Shown: piece by piece, positions 1 to 10,964 of the stretch
Layout of the letters: each line of letters starts with the position of its first letter
How positions within the stretch are numbered: position 1 is the stretch's first letter
Assembly (NCBI GenBank): GCA_965233585.1
Contig: CBDDTI010000670.1
Location: 1 to 44,432 of the forward strand
Direction: 5' to 3'
Source of the DNA: a bacterium
GTDB lineage: Bacteria > SAR324 > NAC60-12
DNA: 44,432 nt
The notes under the pieces: model-generated
Told to the model about the DNA's origin: nothing
Database searches by the model: none
The model's input: the letters and a program-made list of their open reading frames with translations, nothing else
Translations under genes and position numbers: made by a program

Positions 1-828
1 GGATGAATACCAGAACCGCTTCCTCCCGGAGAGTGATTCCCAGTTCTTAAGGGCCCAGTTTGCTTGCGTGGTCAAGCCACCTAATGAGTCCGTGCAGAAG
101 CTGCACGCACGCATGCGGGTACTTTACCACTTGGCCTATCCTGATGCAAACACGAGGAACGAGGTATATTTGATTGAGAAGTTCATCTCATCCTTAAACA
201 ACCGCAAGGTGCAGAACTACGTTTGCCGAAGGAAGGCCCCTACCTACGCCCCCTACCTATGCCAAGGCCTACACATCACCAACAAGGAAACATCCTTCAT
301 CCTGATGGACCTCGCTACCCATGCTCCGGGCGGTCTTCAAGCCCAGTGCCAGGCGACACCAGCTTCATCGCTGTTCTAAAGGCCCGACGTACTGAACCCG
401 GGAAGAGCTCAGTGCCTCGACGTAAATGCTATTATTGCGATGAGGAGGGCCACTTCAAGGAGCGATGCCCCACCCGACTCAAGCATTTCCTCAAGCAACG
501 AGCTGACCGTGGAAATCTCCAAGTGACTCGTCCTCAGGCCACCACCGGCAACAGGGCCAGTTGAACTGCTTCCCCGGCTGCACAGAAAAAGCAGGTGAAG
601 TTCGTGGAGGCCACCCAGACACTGCCGGTAGTCGCCGAGAGTTATGGGCGAAAGAGGGTTGCCGCGATCGCCAACAACACAGATCCTACAGATGCTCCAG
701 ACAGTCAGGACCTCCTCGCTGACGTGGACCTGGCCACCCTTGATGAAGGGACTGTGGCCGCTCTGAATGAGGAGCTCCAACAACCGGATCTTCTAGAAGA
801 TGAGTTGCATTTTCCCGAGGGACAGTAG
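1..828 (+). pseudogene. gag: gag (frameshifted, 5' partial)
   Basis: Zinc knuckle CYYCDEEGHFKERC (ORF 223-564), capsid-like KPPNESVQKLHARMRVLYHLAYP, stop TAG at 826-828. Confidence 0.8.
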
Positions 829-969
829 ATAAGAGGGTCTGACCCTACTGTCCTTTCTTCCACAGGACCCGTCCTCCTGAAATTTCAATATCATTATCAT
901 TAAATGACTGTTCATTACTGCATCTGTTCAAGGAGTCATATTTTTCATACTTTGTTCTATATTGCAGCA

Positions 970-3900
970 ATGTCCACCTCCAACACCCAGGTTGCGGAGA
1001 TCAATCTCCAGCCCAGCCAGGCACAGGATTATGGTGCGTACGTCCCTGTCCGGTTGGGAAACTTGACCACCGCAGCCTTCATCGACAGTGGCAACACCTT
1101 TGCCAACGTCATCTCACCCCCAGCCCACGACCGCGTTGGGCATCACAACCGCGTAGTTGGAACCCATACCTCAACTCTCGGTGGGAACCGCGGCTGCCGG
1201 TAAGAGGATGAAGATTTTAGGCCAAGCTCCGCGGATCGACCTTCAGCTCTGACAACACCCAACGAAATTCCGCATCTGGCTGCTCATGCTCCAAAAATTG
1301 GTACACCCCGGCAACATCTGTGGCCACTTCCTCGCACGAGCAGGTATTGATCAGATCCACACAAAGGGTGTCTTGAGGGTTTGCAGGAAAGATGTCCCGA
1401 TGTGTCCACCCCGCCAACCAGGCTGCTCATCTCGGCTACCACCTCCCCAACCTTCCCCCAGAGTTTGTACCTTGCATGTATCAGATGTTCCTGTCCAACA
1501 ACAACAGTACACCCCCAGCGGTCCGCTGGCAGAAGCCCGCCTGGGCACCAACGCTGTCAAGGTTGCCGGAAGGTCTCACACCATCTTTACCCCTCCAGCT
1601 CTGTCCACAGCTCCCTGGCGGTACCTTGGTCCTGCTGCAGCCCCACCGTTAAGTCCCTTTTGGGCGACAACCCTATCCTGCAGGAAGTTCAGCCAGATGG
1701 GAGCCTGTCAGTCCTCGCTGACAACCTGGAAGCCACCAAGCTAGAGCTTACCCCCGAGGCCCTCATCGGATCTGTCCAAGAAGTCACCACCACCCCATCT
1801 GACATTTACCCCGAGACGTAGCCTCCTCCAGAAGCCACCACCCACGCCGAGTTTGACGCTCTTCCCCGGAGTGCCAAAGATCAAGTGGTTAGTGGCTCAC
1901 TTCCACCTCAACTCCTCACCACTGCTCCAGAGGGATTCCTGCCTGCAAAAAGAGGTCATTAGGGTCCTCCTCCAGTTTGCAGATGTGATCTCCATTGGAG
2001 GACATGGGGAAACAAACCTCATTTCGCATGCCATCACGGTCAACCCGGGAACCGCCCCGATTAAGATGAAACATCGGCCCTTGAACCCGGTGATGGAGGA
2101 ATCCTTGTCCCAACAGATCGACCGATGGCTAGAACAACGAGTGGTGGAAGAAGCCGACTACCCCTGGTCCTTTCGTCTCGTCCCTGTACCGAAGAAGAAC
2201 GGCAAGGAAATCCGCTGGGCAGTAGACTACCACTGGCTTAACGCCATTCTTTTTTTTAAAAATAATTTTTTTTGAAAAATTTCTATTTTTTTTTAATCTT
2301 GATAACTGTGTTTTTTTGAAACTCTCAATTTTTAATTAAAATTATTCCTTTCCGAAGTTTCACAACATCCGCAAAAGGCTGGAGTTATTATTTTATTTTT
2401 TTTAAAGAATTTGTTCACCGTCACCAAGAAGGATGCCTTCCCCTTGTCCAACATTGCGGAAAATCTGTCCTGCCTCTCTGGCAGCTGCATCTTCTCGGCT
2501 CTCAACGGCGCCGGAGCCTTCCATGCTGTCCCAGTCAGACCAGCTGATCGGGAAAAGACTGCCTTCTCTTCCCCTTTCGGTCAGTACCTATTTATCAAGA
2601 TGCCGTTTGGGCTGGCCAACGCACTTGCTACTTATTCCCGGCTCGTTGCAAAAGCCCTTCGTCACCTCCCCTCCTCGGAAGTCTTGTGTTATCTGGATGA
2701 CACCGCTGTACACTTCGCGGACGCCCGGGGCCATATGCGGATCCCCAGAAAGGTCTTGGCCGCCTTTCGTGCAGCTGGGCTTCAAATCTCCCCAGAAAAG
2801 GCACAGTTATTCCAGGACCACATCAAGTACCTGGAACATGAGGTCAGTGCACAGGGGATCAGCATCCCCCAGGAACACACCTCGGCCATCAAGGATTGGC
2901 CCATTCCTAACACCCTCAAGACTTTACGAGCGTTCCTGGGGAAGTGTAGGTACTATCGGCGGTTCATCGTGGATTACGCCACCATCTCTGCCCCGCTGGT
3001 CCAATACACCTGGCAGGATCAACATGAGGGGGAGATTCCTCACCTCTACGAGGACTCGGCGGCAGTCAAGGCCTTCCGGGTCATGAAACAGAATTTGATG
3101 TCGGCGCCCATTTTGGCTTATCCCTAATTCCATGGCAAGCTTTTCATCTTGGATACCGACTTCAGTGTTGACCCGGGGGCGATCGGTGGCGTACTTTCAC
3201 AAGAACAAGATGGGCAGGAACGGGTGATCACTTATGGGGCCTGACGACTTCAGCCCCGCAAACGGAATTACACGTCCACCAAGGGAGTGTTGCTAGCGGT
3301 GATATTTTTCCTGCAGTACTATAAATATTACTTATCACATCACCCCTTCATTTTACGTACTGATAACCGAGCACTCACCTGGATTCGGTCTTTGGAGTCT
3401 CCCACGGGAATGATTCTTCGCTGGCTGGAAATTTAGGCCAGCTTTGACTTCACAGTTCCCCACCGTAAGGGCACCCTTGATGGGAACGCCGACTCTTTCC
3501 CTCCTGAGCACCACATGCCGCCCTTCCTACCCCTCTTGAGAGGAAGATCTTGGTCAGCGACGAGGGTGCCGTTGTTGCAGCCCTACAGGCACCCCCTGGC
3601 TTCACCCTGGAAGAGGTAAGAGAACAGCAACAAAGAGATGACCCCCTCCAGGATGTCCAGTGATGGAAAGCGGAACCACCAACCGATGCTGAGAAACAGC
3701 TATTGTCCCTGGATCAGCAGAAATTACTGGCTTTCTTGCCTGCACTTCAGCAAGATGCCACCTCTGGGTTGTGGGGCCTGCGAGGACAGGAACACGGGAT
3801 GGATAACCACCGCCTCTACGTCCCCCATGCACTGCATCATAGGATCATCTAGGCCGCCCATCAATTCCTGGGACATGAGGGCATTAATGCAACTTCCCAT

Positions 3901-4953
3901 TTTTGCAGGAAGAGGGCCTAGTTCGGGAGGTCCACCGAGTGATCCAGCGGTGCCACTTGTGTCAAGTGAAGAGTCAGAAAGCTCCAAAGCAGAAAGATGT
4001 CCACCACCCGAGCGTCCAGGCCGGTGCACCATTCCAGGTCTGGAGCATGGACATCCTGGGACCTTTACGCGTTAGCTCCGAAGGCCACTGGTACCTGCTC
4101 ACGCTGAAAGACGTCTTCAGCGAATGGTTTGAGGCCATACCCCTCAGCAGCACTACAAGCGAGAAGGTATTATGCGCTTTGCAGATGTTGTATGCGCGGT
4201 TTGGCCATCCATTGCAGGTACACACGGACAACGCAACGTACTTCCGGTCCCAGATGATGAAGGAAGCTTTCCGGAGGGCTGGCATTCAACTGACCTTCAC
4301 GCTGACCTACAATCCTCAGTCCAACTCTGTGGAACGGGTCCGCGATCTGAACACCATGCTGCGGGTCCTCTGCCATCAGCACGCGGCCGATTGGGAGGAA
4401 GTCTTGCCCGCCGCTCTCCTTGCCCTTCACAGCGCCATCCACGAAAGCAATGGGGTCACCCATTTTGCCTGCGGGAGGGAACCAACTACTCCTCTGGACC
4501 TGTTGAGCTGCTTCCCCGGTGCTCCTCTAGCCACCCACAGTTATGTACACCGATTGGAGGATCACCAGTTCAAGGCTCATCAAATGGTCCAGGTTCAGCT
4601 CACCTGTGACATACAGCTAGCGCCCGCCGATATGGGGACAAAAAAGATGCTATCCAGCCAGGGGAAAAGGTATGGTTGTTTTCATCTAAACCTTTGGCAG
4701 ATTGCAAACTGGCCATTCCCTACACTGGCCCCTGGTGGGTTGTCCAACAGCAGTCCGGGACCCTCTGCACGATACAACCTGCACAATACAACCTGAAGGC
4801 AGCTGGTGTAAACAACCCAGGACCATCACCGTGTCCTTGAACCGGCTAAAGCGCTGCCATGGCGAGGAAAGCGCCCCGCAACAGATCGACTTTGACCTTC
4901 ACCAACTGGAGGATGCAGACGATGATGCTGAAGGCCCCATGAGGAACGCGTGA
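970..4953 (+). pseudogene. pol: pol polyprotein (aspartic protease, RT, RNase H, integrase), disrupted
   Basis: Protease AFIDSGN. RT: KMPFGLANA and YLDDT. RNase H: FILDTDFS and FILRTDN in frames lacking an ATG. Integrase: HHCC (AHQFLGH..CHLC), WSMDILGP, VHTDNATYF, YNPQSNSVER and a GPW motif. Confidence 0.92.
2246..2419. other. ~174-bp AT-rich insertion interrupting RT
   Basis: RT reads ...WLNA (to 2245) and resumes VTKKDAFP (from 2420). The intervening sequence is T/A-homopolymer rich, unlike its flanks. Confidence 0.75.
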
Positions 4954-5712
4954 ATCATGACTGAGGGTGCTGCAGCCACCCGTGCCCTGGACCAAGACAT
5001 CGGGGATGTCCACGTGCCAAGCCTTAGAGAGAAGAGAGCTCTGAGTACTGCCACGGAACTACCTCCGACTCGTCGATTGGTTGTCCACCACAAACATACA
5101 AATGTCGTAAGTCAACCTGATCTTTCTGGTAGTACTCATCGCTCTCCCCCTCAAAAGGTTTCAGCCACCATGACGATCCAGGATGTTTCCGCCACACCCC
5201 GTGCCCTCCCCGAGTGCCACGAAGCCCTGGGAACTTCCATGCTTGCAAACTTCTTTTGACCGGAGTGCGCAGATCTGCCCATGCAGCAGCCAGGCCTAGG
5301 AAGAAGGTGCTCTTCCCCCTGTTCCCGAAGTCTCCCAAGACGATGTCTTTGCCCCCTCACCATCAGCCCAGCACGACACTCCGACTACGGCAACAGCACC
5401 TTCCACCACTGACACTGCTCCCTCTGATCCTGACCATGATGACCCACAGTGTCAAAAGAGAGCACCTTCCTCATCTGGCACATCGTACTCCTGGGTACAC
5501 TGGACACCCATCGCAGGTCCCCTCAACTACCCGAAACGGCCAAACCGACCTCGCACCTCATCCAACTCCGACAAGGACAATACTCCACCTCTACGACCAC
5601 GACGATGCCTGTCCTCTGATACTGACTACTCATCGGAACATCGAGCCGAAGCAGCCAACCAGCACTGATATCCAAAGCACCAACTCCGGAACCGCCTCCT
5701 TACCATCTTAGG

Positions 5713-7302
5713 ATGAGGGCCCGTTCTCTCTCTCCTTGCGCTGTTCACCTTCATCGGCCTCCTATCATTGCCCCTCGACAACCGCCAACCGTTTCGCACT
5801 CCACAACGGATATGGAATTGTCGAGAACCGATACCACCTGGCAGCATATGATTGTTCCGACCATACCGAGGTACAAGCCTACAACAGTATTCCGGCCAGG
5901 AAATGCAGCATCTGAGCGACCCCTGTTCAGCAAGAAAGACCAACCCGGTTCCAGCTCCTACAGAAGGAGGACGAAATCCACCTTCGGACTGTGAGTATGG
6001 TTGTAGAGGACGGGGAGGTCGTAGACCAAAACCATCAATGGTCACTGCCCTGCCCTTGGGAAGCTGGACAGTGCTATGCTGAAGGGAGGACCTACATCCA
6101 AAACCTCATGGAGCCGGACTACTGTCAGGTCGCGGTGGTCAAGGAATTTCTCGGACACCGGATTCATGCCAACGGATCTGAACCCCACACCCCTCAGGGT
6201 CAACATCAGGCCAAAGCAATTGTCAGCTCGGAGGTAGGAGAGAAGATCCTAATCAGACCGATGGGGCTGATCAGCCAGCGCGGGCCGGTTGTGACGGCGA
6301 CCAACATTGAGGACATGTTCCTCTTCCCCATCACGGAGAGTGACGGCCGAGGCGACATCGTTGTGGACAACCAAGACCGCATGTTCACCCGCACTATCCA
6401 TCCGAGTGAAGTTGATTTGCGCAAGTATATTGCTAATCACGATGAGTATTTGTACTTCCATATCACTTCACAGGCAGAGAAAGAGTTTGACACCATCCTG
6501 CACCAAGACTGTCTTCACTGGCAGGACGAGGCCCGCAAGGCTCACTTTTTCGAGCAGGGCCTCCCTGGGCATCAGCCCTTCCTCCTCCAGGATGGGGTGT
6601 TCTCCACGCGCTCTAGAGAGACCAATTACAGGTACCAATGCATGTCTCGAATTGTAGGTCCTGTCTCCAACTCTAGATGTTACAACAAGCTGTCTGTGGT
6701 CCTCCGGCTCCCTCAGCACCTCGCGGTGAACACTGTCCTCAACTTCTCCTCGAGCACAATGTACTTCTTGGATCCCTACTCAAGGCTACTCTCGCCCATC
6801 GCATCTGAAGTACCTTGCTCCTCATTATTTCCGGCAGTCTACCAGAGGTGGATTTCCGTCACGCCCGAGATTCATCAGGCCCCATCGCCAAAGCCGCTGC
6901 CCATCCCGCCACCACGTTGTACTGAGGATGTCTTCTGCGACCAAAACTACAATGAAGGCGGCCTCTATCAGCCCCCATGCTAGATGCCATGCAGGACTTC
7001 TTGTTAACACCTCTCCTCTGTGAGGCAGTGACCTACAAGTTGGCCCATCAGGTTTACAACATGCGGCCTGAGAATGACTACGCCCTCGGTCCATTGTACA
7101 TGTTCCCCGCAGACATCCTGCGGCAGACTGGCGGAACCTCCTCTTCGGTGGCAGGTGGAGCTGGCTAGAAAAATGGGGAAAGCTGGTTAGTATATTCCTC
7201 GCCATATACTATCTTTATGTCGTAGGTCGCTGGCTACTCACCACGCTCTTCTCGCTCCGGGTTCTGTATCAAGAGCATGGGTTCGGCCCCAACCTTCTGT
7301 AA
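5713..7302 (+). pseudogene. env: env-like envelope glycoprotein resembling chuvirus (Jingchuvirales)/class III fusion glycoproteins
   Basis: AAYDCS...QLLQ at 5841-5963, in frame with ORF 5991-6983. Core YRYQC..V....RCYNKLSV..FLDPYSRLL....EVPC...FPAVY..W..GGLY. TM segment WGKLVSIFLAIYYLYVVGRWLLTTLF near 7170-7260. Contains stops and frameshifts. Confidence 0.7.
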
Positions 7303-7748
7303 GGGTTAGGCCCCAGGCAAGGCGTCTTCCCCATGCGGTTCTACCGCCGGTGGAGGCGGTTCAAACAACACTTCCCTTGCCCGGAAGCTTACGAGGCAAC
7401 CTGAGTCCCTCAGGCTCCAGTCCCCCACGATTACCTGGCACTCAATGAGACTGAAGGTCCACCACTTCCACGGCGTAACCCAGCCATGCGGAATGTCTAT
7501 CCCGCTCTCCCCACCAAGTCTTCCTCCACCTACAGCGATGACCCCCGGGTTGCTGCCTACACTGTTCATGATCGCCAGGTGACAGTGGAAGTGTTGCATC
7601 GGCAGATCTAGCAGGAGCGGTTCATCATCCGGTTACGCTGTGTAATGCTTTACTTCAAACGTTGTTGTTGATAATATATTTTAATCGTGTTACGGATTCC
7701 GAGGTCGTCGCCGACACAAAATATATTTGGAGAAGCTGGTTCCAATAG

Positions 7749-7765
7749 TGGTGACCCCGACTTGA
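7749..7765 (+). other. Primer-binding site complementary to the tRNA-Trp 3' end
   Basis: TGGTGACCCCGACTTGA versus the expected TGGTGACCCCGACGTGA (16/17). Confidence 0.7.
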
Positions 7766-8207
7766 GATTTCTTCGGACACGCAAGGCAACGGCGGTTACG
7801 GTCAGCAGCATCAAGCTCCCTCTCCGCGATTAGATAAGTTTCCGACAGGTTTGATTGTGATATCCTTTAAAAACTCTTACTTTCTCCCGGCCAGGCGGAC
7901 GACAGCCCCGGTCGAGAAGTCATCATCGCCCCGGTCCTCGTCTTTGGCGGACAAGCTCGAGTTGAAGGGACGGTTACGGCAGTTGACGTGTAGCTCCTGC
8001 CTTGTGGAGTAATGTCCCTACATCACTCTCATTCGAGCTTGTTACGCTCTAAAATCACCTTAAAACGTTCTCAAAACACCTTAAAACAGGCTGAAACCGT
8101 CTTTCAACCATCCGTTTACCGATAAAAACCATCTTGATGCGCTCTCAAAACACCTTGATGGCATCTACATTAAGGTTGTTTCAACCTGAAACCGGCTTGT
8201 AATCGTC

Positions 8208-8482
8208 TGCAACCGGCTTGTTTTCGTCTGCAATCGGCTTGCAACAACCTCAATCGAGCCTGCAATCGGCTTGTTTTCGTCTGCAATCGGCTTGCAACAG
8301 GCTCAATCGAGCCTGCAATCGGCTTGTTTTCGTCTGCAATCGGCTTGCAACAGGCTCAATCGAGCCTGCAATCGGCTTGTTTTCGTCTGCAATCGGCTTG
8401 CAACAGGCTCAATCGAGCCTGTAATCGGCTTGTTTTCGTCTGCAATCGGCCTGTTGCAAGCCGATTGCAAGCCGTTTGCAAC
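8208..8482. repeat. 53-bp tandem array (~4.5 units) ending in an inverted subunit
   Basis: Unit TGCAATCGGCTTGTTTTCGTCTGCAATCGGCTTGCAACAGGCTCAATCGAGCC starts at 8208, 8261, 8314, 8367 and 8420. 8451-8469 is the reverse complement of part of the unit. Confidence 0.95.
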
Positions 8483-8550
8483 ATCAATTTTTCCCACTTT
8501 CCACGTCTTGAATCAGTTCGGGGGCGCGAAGAAAGGTTCTGAGAACGACA

Positions 8551-8841
8551 ATGTTTAAATTTCCGTTCTTTAAAACAAACAAAATTCAAGCGCAACTCGT
8601 TTTGCATCAACAAATCTCAACTCGCGCCAAAACTATTGTCTTAAACTATAATTTCCGCTCGATAATTTTATCAAAAATACATACATGTTCAACTTTTCAA
8701 CAGTTATTGTTTATCAGTGTTTACGAAAAGATTCTCAATCCAACTAAATGTCGCAATTATTTATTAACAGAAGAAATCACGTTTGTTTTTATTTTGATTT
8801 TATGGATGATTTTTCTGCCGCTGTGTCTAATTTTTAAGTAG
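8551..8841 (+). CDS. Hypothetical small protein (left terminal cassette gene 1)
   Basis: 96-aa ATG ORF with only weak resemblance to the 35440-35918 region (KFPFFKT vs NFPPIKT). Confidence 0.3.
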   Translation: MFKFPFFKTNKIQAQLVLHQQISTRAKTIVLNYNFRSIILSKIHTCSTFQQLLFISVYEKILNPTKCRNYLLTEEITFVFILILWMIFLPLCLIFK

Positions 8842-8963
8842 CAGACTATTATCCTTAATTCCAAAATAAAAGAGCGCGCTTAATTTTAAATTTATTATTT
8901 TTATGTCATAAACTATTTCAGTAATACATCACACGTCTTTCTATAAACATTTGCTGCAAATTC

Positions 8964-9308
8964 ATGGTCAACAACAACAATCTCACGTATCGACATTTAA
9001 AGAATCCCCACGTTTTGTTGCGAAATATCTCAATTCTTCTCAACAGGATCAACAAAATCTTAAAGTCGTTGGATCAACGAGTATTTGCGTATCGTAAAAA
9101 CGTTAAAGACCGCACGTGTTTCTTTTATATTCCAACATATGATTCCGAAACACGCGCGCAAATGATTTTTGCTATTCAAAAAGAATTACGAGTGTACCAT
9201 TATTATAAAAAAGTAACCATTAAGTTTTTGTCTAAAACGTTTTGTTTGAAAAACAACAACATTATTAATGATGTGGAGCAACGACTCGCCTCCCGCCAAT
9301 CGCCGTAA
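8964..9308 (+). CDS. Hypothetical helical protein, paralogue of 35921-36235
   Basis: 114 aa. Ungapped hand alignment gives 21/65 identities with ORF 35921-36235. TATAAA at 8942. Confidence 0.65.
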   Translation: MVNNNNLTYRHLKNPHVLLRNISILLNRINKILKSLDQRVFAYRKNVKDRTCFFYIPTYDSETRAQMIFAIQKELRVYHYYKKVTIKFLSKTFCLKNNNIINDVEQRLASRQSP

Positions 9309-9525
9309 TTGTGTCCGAAGAAACAGAGATGGAGAAGATCCTTTTAAATATATTTATTTTGTAAAAGACACTATTTCCCCTTGGCTTTTAGTTTTTCTTT
9401 GGTCTTTTTTAATGCTGCTCGGTTTATACGCTTTATTCGAACATGAATACAAATTATGGAGGAATATAAATGTTAACAACAAAACTGTAGATTTTTCTAT
9501 CCCTCAAAATACAAATGTGTTGTAA
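9268..9525 (+). CDS. Small single-pass membrane protein
   Basis: TM segment ISPWLLVFLWSFLMLLGLYALF. C-terminal NNKTVDFSI resembles NQTLVDISL of 36284-36589. Confidence 0.6.
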   Translation: MMWSNDSPPANRRNCVRRNRDGEDPFKYIYFVKDTISPWLLVFLWSFLMLLGLYALFEHEYKLWRNINVNNKTVDFSIPQNTNVL

Positions 9526-9835
9526 GCGCGGTGTGTTTTACTTTCTCAGCGTGAGTTTTCTCGTTTCTTTGCGTAAATTTCGCTCAGCCCTCCCTTTGCG
9601 AAGTTTTCTTCATAAAGAATCTTTCAAAGCATTTTATTGTATAAAAAAGTTCTTTTTATTTAATTTCGACAAAAACTTCTAACTTTATTTATAATAAATG
9701 TACATATGTTCGCGTGTTTGACCGCCCGCTTTATTATAGAAAATAAATAATTTCAAGTTTGCGATTTAAAAACTTCACTTCATTTTCAATTTTTGGACAT
9801 TTCAAACTTTAAAGTAAATTTCCAATTCTGCCATA

Positions 9836-10860
9836 ATGAACTTTAACATCATCATCGTCTTCGTCATTTGGGCCTTTTATTTGGCACAAAAAATTTCATG
9901 CGAGGAAGACATCACTCTACTAAAAAATCTCCTCGCCAAAATTGTCGCATCTTCCAATTCTTCTTCTGAAACAACCATCGTGCCAACAACTGACTTTGCT
10001 CCAACCACCACAACGGCTTCTTCCACTTCAAGTACCACGACTTCTACCAGCACTACCACCGTCCCGCCCACTACCGTTGCTACCACTTTGACGAGCTCTA
10101 CTCTCTCAACCACGACTGTTACTTCACCCGCGCCTGTGTTGGAAACAAGCACCGGTTCTGCCACCACTTCTAATCCACCGACCTTTTCCGCTTCGCCTAA
10201 TGTATCAACAATACATAGTACTTTTTCCTTCGCGGGTTTTGACTTCACAACCTTTGACAGTAAGTATTGATTATTTTTTTCAAGTCAACATTTTAATACA
10301 AATGCCTTATTATTTTCAGATGTCTTCAAAATATTTGTTGGAACTGTGTTCGTCTTCATTTTTGTAACGTTCGCCATAATAATGTATAAATTAAGAAGAC
10401 TGAGCCATCACCACCAAGACCCGTCTAACGTCGAAGTATGATTATTGCATTTTATAAAATATTTTGTCTACTCTATTTTTTTTTTAGCCTATTGAAATGA
10501 TTCAAATAGAAGCTGCTGCGGATTCATCAGCAAACGACGAGGTTGTGGAAGAATCGAGTGTTGAAATTTTGCCGTTTGAGTCAACCGCATCGGCGTTGCC
10601 GTCCGATGCAACTACTTTTTTGCCAATTCCCGAAAAAGTAGATAAAGCAACCAACACGGAGTATACGGTAGGAAATTTATTATTATTTTTAAATCGCTTA
10701 TTATATATAAATTATTTTTTAGGTTTATCATAGACGACCGTACTTTTCGAGCATGATTCCTCCGTTATTCAACATACCTCGGACGGAACCTGCGACGGAT
10801 TCTTCAGTAGCCGTTGACCCTTCTCTTTCTGCCAGGCTAAATTTGTCTACTCCCGTATAA
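9836..10860 (+). CDS. Four-exon type I mucin-like membrane glycoprotein (~285 aa); exons 9836-10259, 10320-10435, 10488-10667, 10723-10860
   Basis: Signal peptide, Thr/Ser-rich ectodomain and TM (IFVGTVFVFIFVTFAIIMY) followed by KLRR. Three GT-AG introns (60, 52 and 55 nt) join in frame. AATAAA at 10891. Confidence 0.8.
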
Positions 10861-10964
10861 TACATATAATCTAGTTTTTATTTTTATTTGAATAAAATAA
10901 ATGCGCATTTCATTTTATTTCTCAAAATACATTTATGCATATGTACATCTTTGGTCGTTTTATT

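Larger units (their letters stand above)
1..7600 (+). mobile_element. Decayed Ty3/Gypsy LTR retrotransposon internal region with env-like gene (5' end outside window, 3' LTR not identified)
   Basis: Domain order gag(CCHC)-PR-RT-RNaseH-IN-env. GC-rich relative to the Polinton, with many stops and frameshifts. Right boundary approximate. Confidence 0.92.

Noticed and set aside
8208..8482. CRISPR array, and the short ORFs over the 53-bp repeats
   Set aside because: Units are contiguous and near-identical with no unique spacers, no cas genes are present and the context is eukaryotic. The ORFs are repeat by-products.
8000..8550. Canonical Polinton terminus (AG/AGT-repeat TIR with 6-bp TSD)
   Set aside because: No such terminus or matching nucleotide-level inverted repeat is visible, and the opposite ends are truncated, so boundaries remain approximate.
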